DNA of 64,000 nucleotides from an uncultured Acidobacteriota bacterium (GTDB lineage Bacteria > Acidobacteriota > Vicinamibacteria > Vicinamibacterales > JAKQTR01): the NCBI GenBank assembly GCA_963813325.1, contig CAWEYM010000003.1, forward strand, positions 486,128 through 550,127, in the 5' to 3' direction. Position 1 is the first letter of the stretch. Every line of letters starts with the position of its first letter. A model generated the notes under the pieces. It was not told the origin of the DNA. It made no database searches and saw nothing but the letters and a program-made list of their open reading frames with translations. Shown here one piece after another: positions 38,518 through 49,071 of this stretch. Made by a program: the position numbers and the translations under genes.

Positions 38518-39024
38518 ATGAAACTCGAGAAGCGTCACCTGTGGATCGCGCTGGCCGTCCTGGCGGCGACGATCCTCTTCAACGTCCGGGGTTCCCTGCG
38601 GCCCGGCAGCGCGTCGGGCCAGCCCGCCCAGCGGCCGCTGCTTGCGGGCCTGGAGGTCCCGGGCGGGATCGGCACACCCGGCGCTCTCGATACGACGACG
38701 ATCCCGGCGCCGCCGCCGGTCGACCTGCAGACGGCCCCGGGCTGGGCGCGCGACCCGTTCGTGTTTGGCGGTGAGAGTCGCGACGTTGGGGTGATGCCGG
38801 TCGCGGCTGCGCCGCCGCTGCCCGAGCCGGTCGTCCGGTCCATTCTCTACTCGCCGAGCCGGCGCCTGGCGATCGTGGACGGCCGCATTGTGGGCATCGG
38901 CGACCGGGCCGGCGCGTACGAGATCGTGGACATTGAGCGCGCGGTAGTCGTGGTCAGGGACGCGGCGGGCCATCGTCGCCGCCTCGAGGTGCACGCGGCC
39001 GCGCCGGCCGGCGTGCGGCGATGA
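38518..39024 (+). CDS. PilP/MshK-like protein
   Basis: TM segment, RDPF motif, ILYS..RRLAIVDGRIV.IGD..G.YEIVDIE. Confidence 0.75.
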   Translation: MKLEKRHLWIALAVLAATILFNVRGSLRPGSASGQPAQRPLLAGLEVPGGIGTPGALDTTTIPAPPPVDLQTAPGWARDPFVFGGESRDVGVMPVAAAPPLPEPVVRSILYSPSRRLAIVDGRIVGIGDRAGAYEIVDIERAVVVVRDAAGHRRRLEVHAAAPAGVRR

Positions 39025-39215
39025 CCCGGCCGGGGGCCGGCCTCGGGTTGGCGGTCGCGGGGCCGATCGTCACGGCCCACGCCGGCCGCATCGACGTCGA
39101 GAGCGACGCGCCGGGCGGGACGACGTTCGCGATCGAGGTGCCGTCGGCGGCCTCCGCCGGGGGACCGGACGACGGCGGGCAGCAGATGTTGACGATCAAC
39201 AACGGATCCGCTTGA
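39021..39215 (+). pseudogene. Remnant of a histidine kinase (HATPase G2 box to C-terminus only)
   Basis: TRPGAGLGLAVA..IV.AH.GRIDVES..PGGTTF.I.VP, lacking H, N, G1 and F boxes; lies directly before the response regulator. Confidence 0.75.
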
Positions 39216-39225
39216 CTGTACCGCT

Positions 39226-40632
39226 ATGTTCCACATCCTGGTCATCGACGACGACGAGCAGATGCAGTTCTTCCTGAAGGAAGCGCTGCAGCGCCAGGGC
39301 TACGGCCTCACGGTGCGCAAGAGCGCGGAAGAAGGCATCGAGGCGCTCAAGTCCGATCAAGCGGACCTGGTCCTCCTGGACGTCCGGCTGCCCGGCATGA
39401 GCGGCATCCAGGCCGTCGAGGAACTCCTCAAGATCGATCCGCGCGTCCCGATCATCATCATGACGGCGCACGGCACGACCGACAGCGCGATCGAGGCGAT
39501 GCGCCGGGGCGCGTACGACTACTTCACCAAGCCCTTCCGCCTGGAAGAGATGGAGATCGTCATCCGCCGGGCGCTGGAGAAGCGTCGCTTCTTCCTGGAG
39601 ATCGAGCGGCTCCGGGAGGAGCTGGCGAGCGCGCCGGGCCGCCGGCACGTGCTCGGCAAGAGCCTGGCGATGGCCGAAGTCTCGCACCTGATCGAACGCG
39701 CGGCCCCGACCGATTCCACGGTGCTCATCCTCGGCGAGAGCGGCGTCGGCAAGGAGCTGGTCGCCGAACGCATCCACGAGCGCTCGTCCCGGAGGCACCG
39801 GCCGTTCGTCCGGCTGAACTGCGCGGCGATTCCCGAGACCCTGCTGGAATCGGAGCTGTTCGGGCACGAGCGCGGCGCCTTCACCGGCGCGCAGGCGCGC
39901 AAGCCGGGCAAGTTCGAGCTGGCCGACGGTGGCACGCTGCTGCTCGACGAGATCGGGGACATGACGCTGGCGACGCAGGCCAAGATCCTGCGGGTCCTGC
40001 AGAGCCGCGAGGTCGAGCGCGTCGGCGGCACCACGCCGATCCGCGTCGATGTGCGCATCCTCGCGTCCACCAACAAGGACCTGCTGCGCAGCGTGCGCGA
40101 GGGCCGGTTCCGCGACGACCTGTACTTCCGTCTCAACGTCATCACCATTTCCGTGCCGCCGCTGCGCGAGCGCCGCGAGGAAATCAATGACCTGGTCGAG
40201 ATGTTCCTCGCCGAGGCCAACCAGCGCCTGGGCCGGACGATTCGCCGCGTCTCGTCGGATGCGATGGCCGCCCTGATGGCCCACGACTGGCCGGGCAACA
40301 TCCGGGAGCTCAAGAACGCCATCGAGCGGGCCGCCGTGGTCACCGACGGGGAGGTCGTGACGCTGTCGAGCCTGCCCCACCCGGTCCGGCCGGCCGGCGT
40401 CGGCCTGGTCGCCGGCGTCGCCTCCGAGCAGTGGGAGTCGTCGGGATCGGTGTCGCTGGACGACAAGATGGCGCAGCTGGAGCGCGCATTCGTTGTCGAG
40501 GCCCTGTCCCGGACCGGCGGTGTGCAGGCGGCCGCGGCCAGGCTGCTGGGGATCACCGAGCGCAGCATCTGGCACCTGGTCAAGAAACACCGCATCGAGG
40601 TCGACAAGATCAAGGAGCGGGCGCAGATTTAG
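39226..40632 (+). CDS. sigma54-dependent response regulator (NtrC/PilR family)
   Basis: REC domain (VIDDD, LLDVRLP, KP), [30 protein letters not shown], Fis-type HTH. Confidence 0.95.
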   Translation: MFHILVIDDDEQMQFFLKEALQRQGYGLTVRKSAEEGIEALKSDQADLVLLDVRLPGMSGIQAVEELLKIDPRVPIIIMTAHGTTDSAIEAMRRGAYDYFTKPFRLEEMEIVIRRALEKRRFFLEIERLREELASAPGRRHVLGKSLAMAEVSHLIERAAPTDSTVLILGESGVGKELVAERIHERSSRRHRPFVRLNCAAIPETLLESELFGHERGAFTGAQARKPGKFELADGGTLLLDEIGDMTLATQAKILRVLQSREVERVGGTTPIRVDVRILASTNKDLLRSVREGRFRDDLYFRLNVITISVPPLRERREEINDLVEMFLAEANQRLGRTIRRVSSDAMAALMAHDWPGNIRELKNAIERAAVVTDGEVVTLSSLPHPVRPAGVGLVAGVASEQWESSGSVSLDDKMAQLERAFVVEALSRTGGVQAAAARLLGITERSIWHLVKKHRIEVDKIKERAQI

Positions 40633-40653
40633 TGCGTCCGGGGGCCCGCCGTC

Positions 40654-42297
40654 ATGATCGGACAGCTACTCGTCGCCAGCCAGGCCATCACGCAGGAGCA
40701 GCTGCAACAGGCGCTGCAGGAGCAGCGCGCCAGCGGGGCCCTGCTGGGGGATGTCCTGCTCGCCATGAACATGGTGAGCGAGGAGGCCCTGTCCCGGGCC
40801 CTGGCGCAGGAGGCCCGCGTGCCCTTCGCGTCGGCCGAGGGCCTGATCCCGGACCCGGTCGCCGCGGCCCTGGTGCCCGAGGCGCTCGCGCGGCGCCATC
40901 TGGTGGTCCCCGTGGCCCGGACGGCGGCGGGCCTCCGCCTCGTGCAGGCGAACCCGTTCGACGTGCTGGCGATCGACGACCTGCAACGGGCCGCCGGCCT
41001 GCCGGTCGAGGTGACGTGCGCCACGCGGTCGGCGGTGCTCGACCTGCTCGCGCGCTCGTACGGCCCCAACAGTCAGCTGCGCGGCCTGGTGGAGGAGGCC
41101 ATGGAGCAGCTTGGCCAGCCGCACCGGGACGTGGCGACCCTCGATTCGCCCATCGTCCGCATGGTCGAGATGATGATCGGCGACGCGGTCCGCGCGGGCG
41201 CCACCGACCTGCACGTCGAGCCCGAGGAGCGGCTGGTCCGCCTGCGGCACCGGATTGACGGGATGCTCATCCAGGTCGATACCCTGCCCAGGGATTTGCT
41301 GCCTCCGCTCGTGAGCCGCCTGAAGGTGATGGCAGGGCTCGACATCGCCGAGCAGCGCCTGCCCCAGGAGGGGCGGATCACCCACACCGTCGCAGGCCGG
41401 TCGATCGACATGCGCGTCTCGTCGTTCCCGACGGTGTTCGGCGAGAAAGTCGCCATCCGGATCCTCGAGAAGGAGAAGCTCATCCGCGGGCTCGAGGACC
41501 TCGGCTTCTCCACGCGCAACCTGACCATCGTCCAGGACCTGCTGAGCAAGTCGCGCGGCATCATCCTGGTGACCGGGCCGACGGGCGCCGGCAAGACGAC
41601 GACGCTGTACTCGGCGCTCAACTATCTTGGCGGGCGCGACAGGAACATCATGACGGTCGAGGACCCGGTCGAGTACGAGTTCTCGACGATCCGGCAGACC
41701 CAGGTGCGGCCGCGCGCCGGGTTGACGTTCGCCGCGGCGATTCGATCGCTGCTCCGCCAGGATCCCGACGTGATCATGGTGGGCGAGATCCGCGATCCGG
41801 AGACGGCGCAACTGGCCGTGCGGGCCGCCCTGTCCGGCGTGCTGGTGTTCAGCACGCTCCACACGCAGGATTCGGCGGGCGCCGTGCCGCGGCTCATGGA
41901 CATGGGAATCGAGCCGTACCTGCTGGCGTCGGCGCTGGTCGGCGTGGTGGCCCAGCGGCTGCTGCGCCTGCTCTGCCCGCACTGCAAGGAACCGGTCACG
42001 TACGCTCCCGAGGTGCTCGCCAAGGTCAATCTCGCCGTCGGGGACGGGCTGACCCTCTACCGGGGTCGGGGCTGCACGCGGTGCAACCAGACGGGCTACC
42101 GCGGACGGACCGGTGTCTTCGAGATCCTGGCGGTCGACTCGGCGATTCACGACCTGATCCGGCAGCGGGCGGACTCCCGCCTCATCAAGGAGGCGGCCCT
42201 CCGCGGCGGCCTGAAGACGCTGCTCGACGATGCGCTGGCGCGGGCCGTGCTCGGCCAGACCTCGCTCGACGAAGTGCTCCGGATCGCGTACGAGTAG
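40654..42297 (+). CDS. GspE/PilB/MshE assembly ATPase
   Basis: ATDLHVEP, GPTGAGKTT, EDPVEY, LRQDPDVIMVGEIRD, STLHT, CPHC..CTRC zinc motif; N-terminal MshEN-like helices. Confidence 0.95.
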   Translation: MIGQLLVASQAITQEQLQQALQEQRASGALLGDVLLAMNMVSEEALSRALAQEARVPFASAEGLIPDPVAAALVPEALARRHLVVPVARTAAGLRLVQANPFDVLAIDDLQRAAGLPVEVTCATRSAVLDLLARSYGPNSQLRGLVEEAMEQLGQPHRDVATLDSPIVRMVEMMIGDAVRAGATDLHVEPEERLVRLRHRIDGMLIQVDTLPRDLLPPLVSRLKVMAGLDIAEQRLPQEGRITHTVAGRSIDMRVSSFPTVFGEKVAIRILEKEKLIRGLEDLGFSTRNLTIVQDLLSKSRGIILVTGPTGAGKTTTLYSALNYLGGRDRNIMTVEDPVEYEFSTIRQTQVRPRAGLTFAAAIRSLLRQDPDVIMVGEIRDPETAQLAVRAALSGVLVFSTLHTQDSAGAVPRLMDMGIEPYLLASALVGVVAQRLLRLLCPHCKEPVTYAPEVLAKVNLAVGDGLTLYRGRGCTRCNQTGYRGRTGVFEILAVDSAIHDLIRQRADSRLIKEAALRGGLKTLLDDALARAVLGQTSLDEVLRIAYE

Positions 42298-42308
42298 GCG
42301 GGGCCAGC

Positions 42309-43526
42309 ATGCCGGAGTTTGCCTACACCGCGGTGGACGTCGACGGGCGGCGCGTCGAAGGAACGGCGTTTGCCCCGACCGAGGACGCGCTGGCCGCCAC
42401 GCTGAGGGTCCAGGACCGGTACCTCGTCCGGGCCCGCGAGGCCGGTGAGACCGGCGGCTGGCGGGACATCCGCCTCTTCGAGCGGATCAACCGCCGGGAC
42501 GTCATCTTCTTCTCTTCGGAGCTCTCGACGATCCTCCGCACGGGGATCGGCGTCGTCGACGGGCTGCGGGACATCGAGACGCAGATCGCCAAGCGCCCGC
42601 TGCGCCGGGTCGTCGCGGACGTCCGCCGGGGGATCGAGAACGGCGACAGCCTGTCGGCCGCGCTGGCGCGCCACCCGCGCACCTTCAACGAGCTCTACGT
42701 CAGCATCGTTCGCGCCGGCGAGGCCACCGGGCGGGTCGATCGCGCGCTCGAGGACCTGGTGGGCCAGCTCGAGTGGCAGGACCGCCTGGCGAGCCGCATC
42801 CGCGAGGCGCTGACCTACCCGGCGATCGTCGTCGTCCTGCTGTCGGTCCTCACGTCAGTCCTGGTCGGCTTCACCATCCCGCGCTTCGCCCAGATCTACC
42901 AGCGGTTCTCGCCCCAGGTGCAGCTGCCGATGCCGACCCGGGTGGTGCTGGCGATCGCCGGCTTCGTGGCCGTGAACTGGTACGTCATGCTGGCCGCGCT
43001 GGCCGTGATCGTGATTCTCGCGGCGCTGCAGGCCCAGAGCGCCGAAGGCTCGGTACGCCTCGCCCGGCTGCTCCTGCGGGTGCCCGTCGCGGGCGAGGTC
43101 ATCCGCAAGATCGCCCTGTCGCGCTTCGCGCACTATTTCGGCACCCTGCACGAAGCGGGCCTCGAGGTGGCGCCGTCGTTGACGCTGATGGAGCGGGTGC
43201 TGGGCAACGCGTACATGGCGCAGCGGTTTCGCCACGCCGTGGACCGCGTCATGGCGGGCGAGTCGCTCTCGCGCGCACTGGCCGTCGTCGGCGAGTTCTC
43301 GCCGGTGGTCATCCAGATGGTGGCCCTGGGCGAGAAGACGGGCCAGATGTCCATGTCGCTGGCCAACGTCAGGCAGTACTACGACCGCGAAGTCGATCGG
43401 ATCGTCACCCGGGCGCTCACGCTGTTCGGGCCGATCATGCTGATCGTGCTGGCCAGCGTGTTCGCGACGATGGCGCTCGCGTTCTATCTGCCGCTGTTCA
43501 GCCTGGTGAGGGCCATCCGACCATGA
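42309..43526 (+). CDS. GspF/PilC/MshG inner-membrane platform protein
   Basis: MPEFAY.AVD..G, GDSLS.AL..HP..F, AGEATG, ALTYP, GEKTG, ALAFYLPLF. Confidence 0.93.
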   Translation: MPEFAYTAVDVDGRRVEGTAFAPTEDALAATLRVQDRYLVRAREAGETGGWRDIRLFERINRRDVIFFSSELSTILRTGIGVVDGLRDIETQIAKRPLRRVVADVRRGIENGDSLSAALARHPRTFNELYVSIVRAGEATGRVDRALEDLVGQLEWQDRLASRIREALTYPAIVVVLLSVLTSVLVGFTIPRFAQIYQRFSPQVQLPMPTRVVLAIAGFVAVNWYVMLAALAVIVILAALQAQSAEGSVRLARLLLRVPVAGEVIRKIALSRFAHYFGTLHEAGLEVAPSLTLMERVLGNAYMAQRFRHAVDRVMAGESLSRALAVVGEFSPVVIQMVALGEKTGQMSMSLANVRQYYDREVDRIVTRALTLFGPIMLIVLASVFATMALAFYLPLFSLVRAIRP

Positions 43527-44329
43527 TCACCCGAGGACGCCGAGTGCACGCACGCGGGTTCACGCTGATCGAGGTGATCCTCATCATCGCCGTCCTGGCC
43601 ATCCTGGCGGCGGCCGCCACGCCGGCCGTCCTGCAGCGGCTGTTGGACGCCAAGGTCGAGAGTACGCGAGCCGAGGCCCGCGTGATCTACGAGGCGATCG
43701 CGGGGAGACCCGACCAGCAGGGCAGCTTCGGCTTCTTCGGCGACATGGGCCGGATGCCCGGCAGCTTCGAGGAACTGGTCCGGCCCGGACGGCTCGCGCT
43801 GTTCACGACAGTGACCTTCCGCAACGTCGGCATGGGCTGGAACGGCCCCTACGTGCGGTCGGGCGAGTCTGCCCAGGACTACCTGCAGGACGCGTTCGGG
43901 CACCCGTACGAGGGCGCGCCGATTGGCCAGGTGCACAGCGCCGGGCCCGACGGCGTGATGGGCAACGAGGACGACATCGTGTACCCGCCGATGCCGCCGA
44001 ACCTGGCCGGCCGCGTCGTGGTGACGCTGAAGCGGATGGCGGCCGAGGACCAGAGCTACACGGTCGACCCGCCCGACTACGAGGTCCGGCTGTTCTACTC
44101 GCGCGACGGGCGGCAGGCCTTCCTGGCCGACGGCATGCCGCCGTTCGTGTTCGAAAACGTGCCGCAGGGCCTGCACGCCCTTGCCGTGATCCGTGTCCTG
44201 AAGGAACAGATGGTCTACCAGGACACCATCCAGACCTTCGGCAACGGATCGACGAAGCTGGTCGACGTCGTCTTCCGCCCCGGCAGCTCCGCCGCGATTC
44301 CCGATGTGCCCCCTCCGGTGAACCGCTGA
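43523..44329 (+). CDS. Type IV pilin / GspG-like pseudopilin with C-terminal extension
   Basis: RG|FTLIEVI; GWNGPYV, DAFGHPY, SAGPDG, DDI, followed by a beta-rich domain (F.FENVPQG.H). Confidence 0.88.
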   Translation: MITRGRRVHARGFTLIEVILIIAVLAILAAAATPAVLQRLLDAKVESTRAEARVIYEAIAGRPDQQGSFGFFGDMGRMPGSFEELVRPGRLALFTTVTFRNVGMGWNGPYVRSGESAQDYLQDAFGHPYEGAPIGQVHSAGPDGVMGNEDDIVYPPMPPNLAGRVVVTLKRMAAEDQSYTVDPPDYEVRLFYSRDGRQAFLADGMPPFVFENVPQGLHALAVIRVLKEQMVYQDTIQTFGNGSTKLVDVVFRPGSSAAIPDVPPPVNR

Positions 44330-44385
44330 CCCCCGCAGCCGCCGCCAGGCTCCGCCTGACGAGGACCCGGGATCAGCGGCGACCG

Positions 44386-44483
44386 ACCCGGGGGCTCACC
44401 TGTGATGGGTGTGTTCGCCCCGGGCACGCGGGCTGAAGCCCGCGCGACATTCCCGGCGCGTCCTCGACTCACCTGAGCGCCGG
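44386..44483 (+). repeat. Dispersed ~100-bp structured repeat, copy B
   Basis: acccgggggctcacctgtgatgggtgtgttcgccccgggcacgcgggctgaagcccgcgcgacattcccggcgcgtcctcgactcacctgagcgccgg. Confidence 0.85.
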
Positions 44484-44495
44484 AGGGCGCCGGGC

Positions 44496-45182
44496 TCAGG
44501 CCGCCTTCCGCACGTCGTTCTCGACGCGGCCGTCCCTGATGTGGATGACGCGTCTGGCGTGCTCGGCAATGTCCGCTTCGTGCGTGACCAGGACGATGGT
44601 GTTGCCGCCCTGGTGGAGCTTGTCGAACAGCGCCATGATTTCGGCGCCCGTCTTCGAGTCGAGGTTGCCGGTCGGCTCGTCCGCCAGGATGATGGACGGA
44701 TTGTTCACGAGCGCCCGCGCGACGGCCACGCGCTGGCGCTGGCCCCCCGAGAGCTGGTTCGGCCGGTGGCTCATCCGATCGCCCAGGTCCACGCGGTCCA
44801 GGGACTTGCGCGCCCGCTCGAGGCGCTCCTTGGTCGGCACCCCCGCATACACGAGCGGCAATTCCACGTTGTGCAGGGCGGTCGCGCGGGGCAACAGGTT
44901 GAACGTCTGGAAGACGAACCCGATCTCCTCGTTCCGGATCCGGGCGAGCTCGTCGTCGTTCATCTGGCCGACCTGCTTGCCGTTGAGGAGGTAGCTGCCC
45001 TTCGACGGCGTGTCCAGGCAACCGATCAGGTTCATCAGCGTCGACTTGCCCGAACCCGACGGGCCCATGATGGCCACGTACTCGCCGCGCTCAATCGCGA
45101 TCGTCACGCCGCGGAGCGCGTGAATTTCCTCGGTGCCCATCACGTAGGTCTTCCAGAGGTCGGTTGTCTCGATCAGTGCCAT
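44496..45182 (-). CDS. ABC transporter ATP-binding protein (MacB/LolD-like)
   Basis: [39 protein letters not shown]. Confidence 0.95.
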   Translation of the reverse strand: MALIETTDLWKTYVMGTEEIHALRGVTIAIERGEYVAIMGPSGSGKSTLMNLIGCLDTPSKGSYLLNGKQVGQMNDDELARIRNEEIGFVFQTFNLLPRATALHNVELPLVYAGVPTKERLERARKSLDRVDLGDRMSHRPNQLSGGQRQRVAVARALVNNPSIILADEPTGNLDSKTGAEIMALFDKLHQGGNTIVLVTHEADIAEHARRVIHIRDGRVENDVRKAA

Positions 45183-45341
45183 AAGCTCACCACGTCCGGC
45201 CCGCCACGCACCAATTGCCTGCGGCCGACGACGGGCCCCTGAGGAAAGGACGGCAGCCGCGCCGGAATGGTTCCGGCGCGGGGGCGACGCGCGCGTGATC
45301 GAAGTCTAGCACGGCCGTCGCCGCCGGCCGCACGCGCGCGG

Positions 45342-46229
45342 TCACCCGGGAATGGCCGCAGCGTGCCCGGGCGAGACCTCACGCAGGGGCGCGGCCGGGT
45401 CGAAGCACTCTCCGTCGTAACGAATGCGGCGGCGCGGCGTGCCGGGCTCCGCCGCCGGCACCGACGACAGCAGGGCGCGCGTGTACGGGTGGGCCGGATC
45501 ACCGAAGAGGTCCTCGGTGCGGCCCATCTCGATGACGCGGCCCCGGTACATGACGGCGACGCGGGTGCAGGTGTGCCGGACCAGGCGCAGGTCGTGGGCG
45601 ATGAAGAGCAGCGTCAGCCGCAGCGCCTGCTGCAGATCGAGGAACAGGTTGATGACCTGCGCCTGGATCGAGACGTCCAGCGCCGACACGGGCTCGTCGG
45701 CGATCAGGAACGACGGACCCAGGGCCAGCGCCCGAGCCAGCCCGATCCGCTGGCGCTGCCCGCCGCTGAACTCGTGGGGATATCGGCCGAGCTGGGCGGC
45801 GTCCAGCCCGACCAGGTCGAACAGCTCGCGCACGCGCTCGCGCCGCTCGGGCCTTGACCCCACCCGGTGGATGATCAGCGGCTCCTCGACGATGTCCCGG
45901 GCGCGCATGCGCGGGTTGAGCGACGAGTAGGGATCCTGGAAGACCATCTGCGCATCGCGCCGGAGCCGGCGAAGCCCGGCGGCCGGCAGCGCCAGCACGT
46001 CGATGTCGCGGAACCGGACCTCGCCCGACGTCGGCTCGATCAGGCGGAGCAGGCACCGGCCCGTGGTCGTCTTGCCGCTGCCCGATTCACCCACGAGCCC
46101 GAAAGTCTCGCCCTCCAGCACGGTGAAACTCACGTCGTCGACGGCCGTGATGCGCGACGCGCGCCGCCACGGGGCGGGTCGACGGGTGAAGTGCTTCGTG
46201 AGGTGCCGGACGTCCACGAGCGGCGTCAT
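45342..46229 (-). CDS. Oligopeptide/dipeptide ABC ATPase (OppF/DppF-like)
   Basis: [45 protein letters not shown]. Confidence 0.93.
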   Translation of the reverse strand: MTPLVDVRHLTKHFTRRPAPWRRASRITAVDDVSFTVLEGETFGLVGESGSGKTTTGRCLLRLIEPTSGEVRFRDIDVLALPAAGLRRLRRDAQMVFQDPYSSLNPRMRARDIVEEPLIIHRVGSRPERRERVRELFDLVGLDAAQLGRYPHEFSGGQRQRIGLARALALGPSFLIADEPVSALDVSIQAQVINLFLDLQQALRLTLLFIAHDLRLVRHTCTRVAVMYRGRVIEMGRTEDLFGDPAHPYTRALLSSVPAAEPGTPRRRIRYDGECFDPAAPLREVSPGHAAAIPG

Positions 46230-47224
46230 GGCTGCAACTCGTGCAGCAGGCATCGCGCGACGTGGGCATCGCCCACCCGCACGGCGTCCGGGCGCAGCCG
46301 GCCGCACGCGTCGACCCGCTCGGGGCAACGCGGCGCAAACGCGCAGCCGGCTGGAAGATTCGCCAGGTCCGGCACGGTGCCGGCGATGGCGTGGAGACGC
46401 CGGCCCGGGTCGGTTCCCGGCATCGACGCCAGCAGGCCACGGGTGTACGGGTGCTGGGGCGCGCCGAGCACGCGGCGCATCGGGCCGTCCTCGACGATGC
46501 GCCCTGCGTACATGACCGCCACGCGGTCCGCCATCTCGGCGACCACGCCCAGGTCGTGCGTGATGAGCAGCAGGGACAGGCCGGACCGATCCCGCATGTC
46601 GCGCAGGAGATCGAGGATCTCGGCCTGGATGGTCACGTCGAGCGCCGCGGTCGGCTCGTCGGCGATCAGCAGCGGCGGCCGACACGCGAGCGCGGCGGCG
46701 ATCAAGGCGCGCTGCCGCATCCCGCCCGACAGCTGGTGCGGGTAGTCGTCGGCGCGCCGTGCCGCATCGGGAATCCGGACGGCGTCGAGCAACGCGATCA
46801 CCTGCGCCCGCACCTCGGCCCGCGTGACGCGCCCATGCACGACCAGCGACTCACCGACCTGATCGCCGATCGTGAAGGCGGGGTTCAGCGCTGACATCGG
46901 CTCCTGGAACACGTAGCCGATGCGGGCCCCGCGCACCCGGCGCATGTCGGCCTCGGGGAGCATCAGAAGGTCCCGGCCCTCGAAGGTCACGGAGCCCTCG
47001 AGGATCCGCCCCGGTGGAGGAACCAGCCGCATGATCGACAGGGCCGTGACGGACTTGCCGCTGCCGGATTCCCCAACGAGCCCCACCGTTTCGCCGCGCC
47101 GGACCTCGAGGTCGACGCGATCGGCGGCACGCGCCGCGCGCGCCCCCCCGATCGTGGCCGGGAACTCCGTCGTCAGGCCCTGGACGCGGAGCAGCGTGCT
47201 GCCGGCGGTGACGAAGTCGCTCAC
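46226..47224 (-). CDS. Oligopeptide/dipeptide ABC ATPase (OppD/DppD-like)
   Basis: [33 protein letters not shown], Cys-rich C-terminal [13 protein letters not shown] start inferred. Confidence 0.92.
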   Translation of the reverse strand: MSDFVTAGSTLLRVQGLTTEFPATIGGARAARAADRVDLEVRRGETVGLVGESGSGKSVTALSIMRLVPPPGRILEGSVTFEGRDLLMLPEADMRRVRGARIGYVFQEPMSALNPAFTIGDQVGESLVVHGRVTRAEVRAQVIALLDAVRIPDAARRADDYPHQLSGGMRQRALIAAALACRPPLLIADEPTAALDVTIQAEILDLLRDMRDRSGLSLLLITHDLGVVAEMADRVAVMYAGRIVEDGPMRRVLGAPQHPYTRGLLASMPGTDPGRRLHAIAGTVPDLANLPAGCAFAPRCPERVDACGRLRPDAVRVGDAHVARCLLHELQP

Positions 47225-47244
47225 GTTGTTGCTGCAGGAATTGA

Positions 47245-48822
47245 TCAGCCCTGTCCCGCTTCCTTGAACTCGCCGAACAGTCCGCGCAGCGTGTCGGCGA
47301 TCTCGCCCACGGTGGCCTTCGCCTCGACGGCCACGATGATGGGCGGCACGAGGTTGGATCCCGACTGCGCCACCCGCGCGACCTCGTCGAGCGCCGCCCG
47401 CCACGCGCCCGCGCTGCGGCTGGCGCGCACCTGCCGGACCCGCGCGACCTGCTGCCGTTCGACCTCGGGGTCGACCCGCAGGAGATCGATGTCGATCTTC
47501 TCGGGCGACGTGAACCGGTTCACGCCGACAACGACCGCGGCGCCGCTGTCCACGGCCTGCTGGCTCCGGTAGGCCGCGTCCTGGATGGCCCGCTGCACGA
47601 AGCCCGACTCGATTGCCGCCAGCGTCCCGCCGAGCCGGTCGATCTGCGCGATCAGCGCCACGGCGTCCTGCTCGATCCGGTCCGTCATGTGCTCGATGGC
47701 GTACGAACCGGCCACGGGGTCGACCGTGTTGGCGGCGCCGGACTCGGCGCCGATGATCTGCTGCGTGCGGAGGGCGATCGCCGCAGACGCCTCCGTGGGC
47801 AGCGACAGCGCCTCGTCGCGCCCGTTGCAGTGCAGGGATTGCGTGCCGCCCAGCACCGCCGCGAGCGCCTGGAGGGCGACGCGCACGATGTTGTTGTCGG
47901 GCTGCTGCGCGGTCAGCGTGCTGCCCGCGGTCTGGGTGTGGAACCGCAGTTGCTGCGCGCGCGGGTTCGTGGCGCCGAACCGGTCCCTCATGATGCGGGC
48001 CCAGAGGCGCCGCGCCGCGCGGAACTTCGCGACCTCCTCCAGGAAGTCGTTGTGCGCGTTGAAGAAGAACGAGAGCCGCTGGCCGAGCGCGTTCACGTCG
48101 AGGCCCGCGTCCACCGCCGCCTGCACGTACGCGATGGCATCAGCCAGCGTGAAGGCGACTTCCTGCACCGCCGTCGAGCCCGCCTCGCGGATGTGGTAGC
48201 CGCTGATCGAGATCGTGTTCCAGTTCGGCAGGTCCCGTTCGCAGAACGAGAAGATGTCGGTGATGAGGCGCATCGACGGCCGCGGCGGGTAGATGTAGGT
48301 CCCGCGCGCCACGTACTCCTTCAGGATGTCGTTCTGGACCGTGCCCGACAACGTCGCCATCGGCACGCCCTGCCGCCGCGCCACGGCGATGTAGAGCGCG
48401 AGCAGCATGATGGCCGTCGCGTTGATGGTCATGGAGGTCGACACGCGCCCGAGCGGGATCTGGTCGAACAGCTCGGCCATGTCCTCCACCGAGTCGACCG
48501 CGACACCGACTTTGCCGACCTCGCCCGTGGCGAGGGCATGATCGGAGTCGTAGCCCATCTGGGTGGGGAGGTCGAACGCGACGCTCAGGCCGGTCACGCC
48601 CTGGGCGAGGAGATACCGGTACCGCTCGTTGGACTGGCGGGCGGTGCCGAAGCCCGCATACTGGCGCATCGTCCAGAGCCGCCCGCGGTACATGGTCGGC
48701 TGAATGCCACGGGTGAAGGGAAACTCGCCGGGGAAGCCCAGGTCACGTTCAGGGCTCCAGTCCGCGAGCGCGTCGGGCCCGGGACACGCTGGAGTCTGCG
48801 TCGAGGACGACGAGGTGGCCAT
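47245..48822 (-). CDS. Methylmalonyl-CoA mutase, substrate-binding (large) subunit
   Basis: [18 protein letters not shown] (Tyr specificity residue of MCM), [31 protein letters not shown]; no B12-binding DxHxxG domain. Confidence 0.93.
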   Translation of the reverse strand: MATSSSSTQTPACPGPDALADWSPERDLGFPGEFPFTRGIQPTMYRGRLWTMRQYAGFGTARQSNERYRYLLAQGVTGLSVAFDLPTQMGYDSDHALATGEVGKVGVAVDSVEDMAELFDQIPLGRVSTSMTINATAIMLLALYIAVARRQGVPMATLSGTVQNDILKEYVARGTYIYPPRPSMRLITDIFSFCERDLPNWNTISISGYHIREAGSTAVQEVAFTLADAIAYVQAAVDAGLDVNALGQRLSFFFNAHNDFLEEVAKFRAARRLWARIMRDRFGATNPRAQQLRFHTQTAGSTLTAQQPDNNIVRVALQALAAVLGGTQSLHCNGRDEALSLPTEASAAIALRTQQIIGAESGAANTVDPVAGSYAIEHMTDRIEQDAVALIAQIDRLGGTLAAIESGFVQRAIQDAAYRSQQAVDSGAAVVVGVNRFTSPEKIDIDLLRVDPEVERQQVARVRQVRASRSAGAWRAALDEVARVAQSGSNLVPPIIVAVEAKATVGEIADTLRGLFGEFKEAGQG

Positions 48823-49071
48823 GGCAATCCTGTTCCGGGGCTGCGGGGGCTCCCACTGGTCATTCTAATCGAAGCCATCCTCGCCTACCGAAAGGACTTG
48901 GCGGATCGGTGGCTTCGCATGGACACATTTCGGTACGGCTGTCGTACAATGCGGTGGCGCGGGCCCGCACCACCATGCGGGAACCCGGGTCCGGTGCTGA
49001 CGGCCGGGCTGCGAACCGCCGCCGGAACGGGCGCTGCCAGGCCCCGTTGGCGGCCCTCGCGGGAGGAAGCC

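Noticed and set aside
29876-44483. Direct repeats bracketing the pilus cluster as att sites of a genomic island
   Set aside because: A third copy lies at 10827-10925, the copies are diverged, and there is no integrase, tRNA or visible composition shift. A dispersed repeat family explains them better.
47245-48822. Isobutyryl-CoA or 2-hydroxyisobutyryl-CoA mutase
   Set aside because: The specificity motif is RQYAG (Tyr), as in methylmalonyl-CoA mutase, not Phe or Ile.
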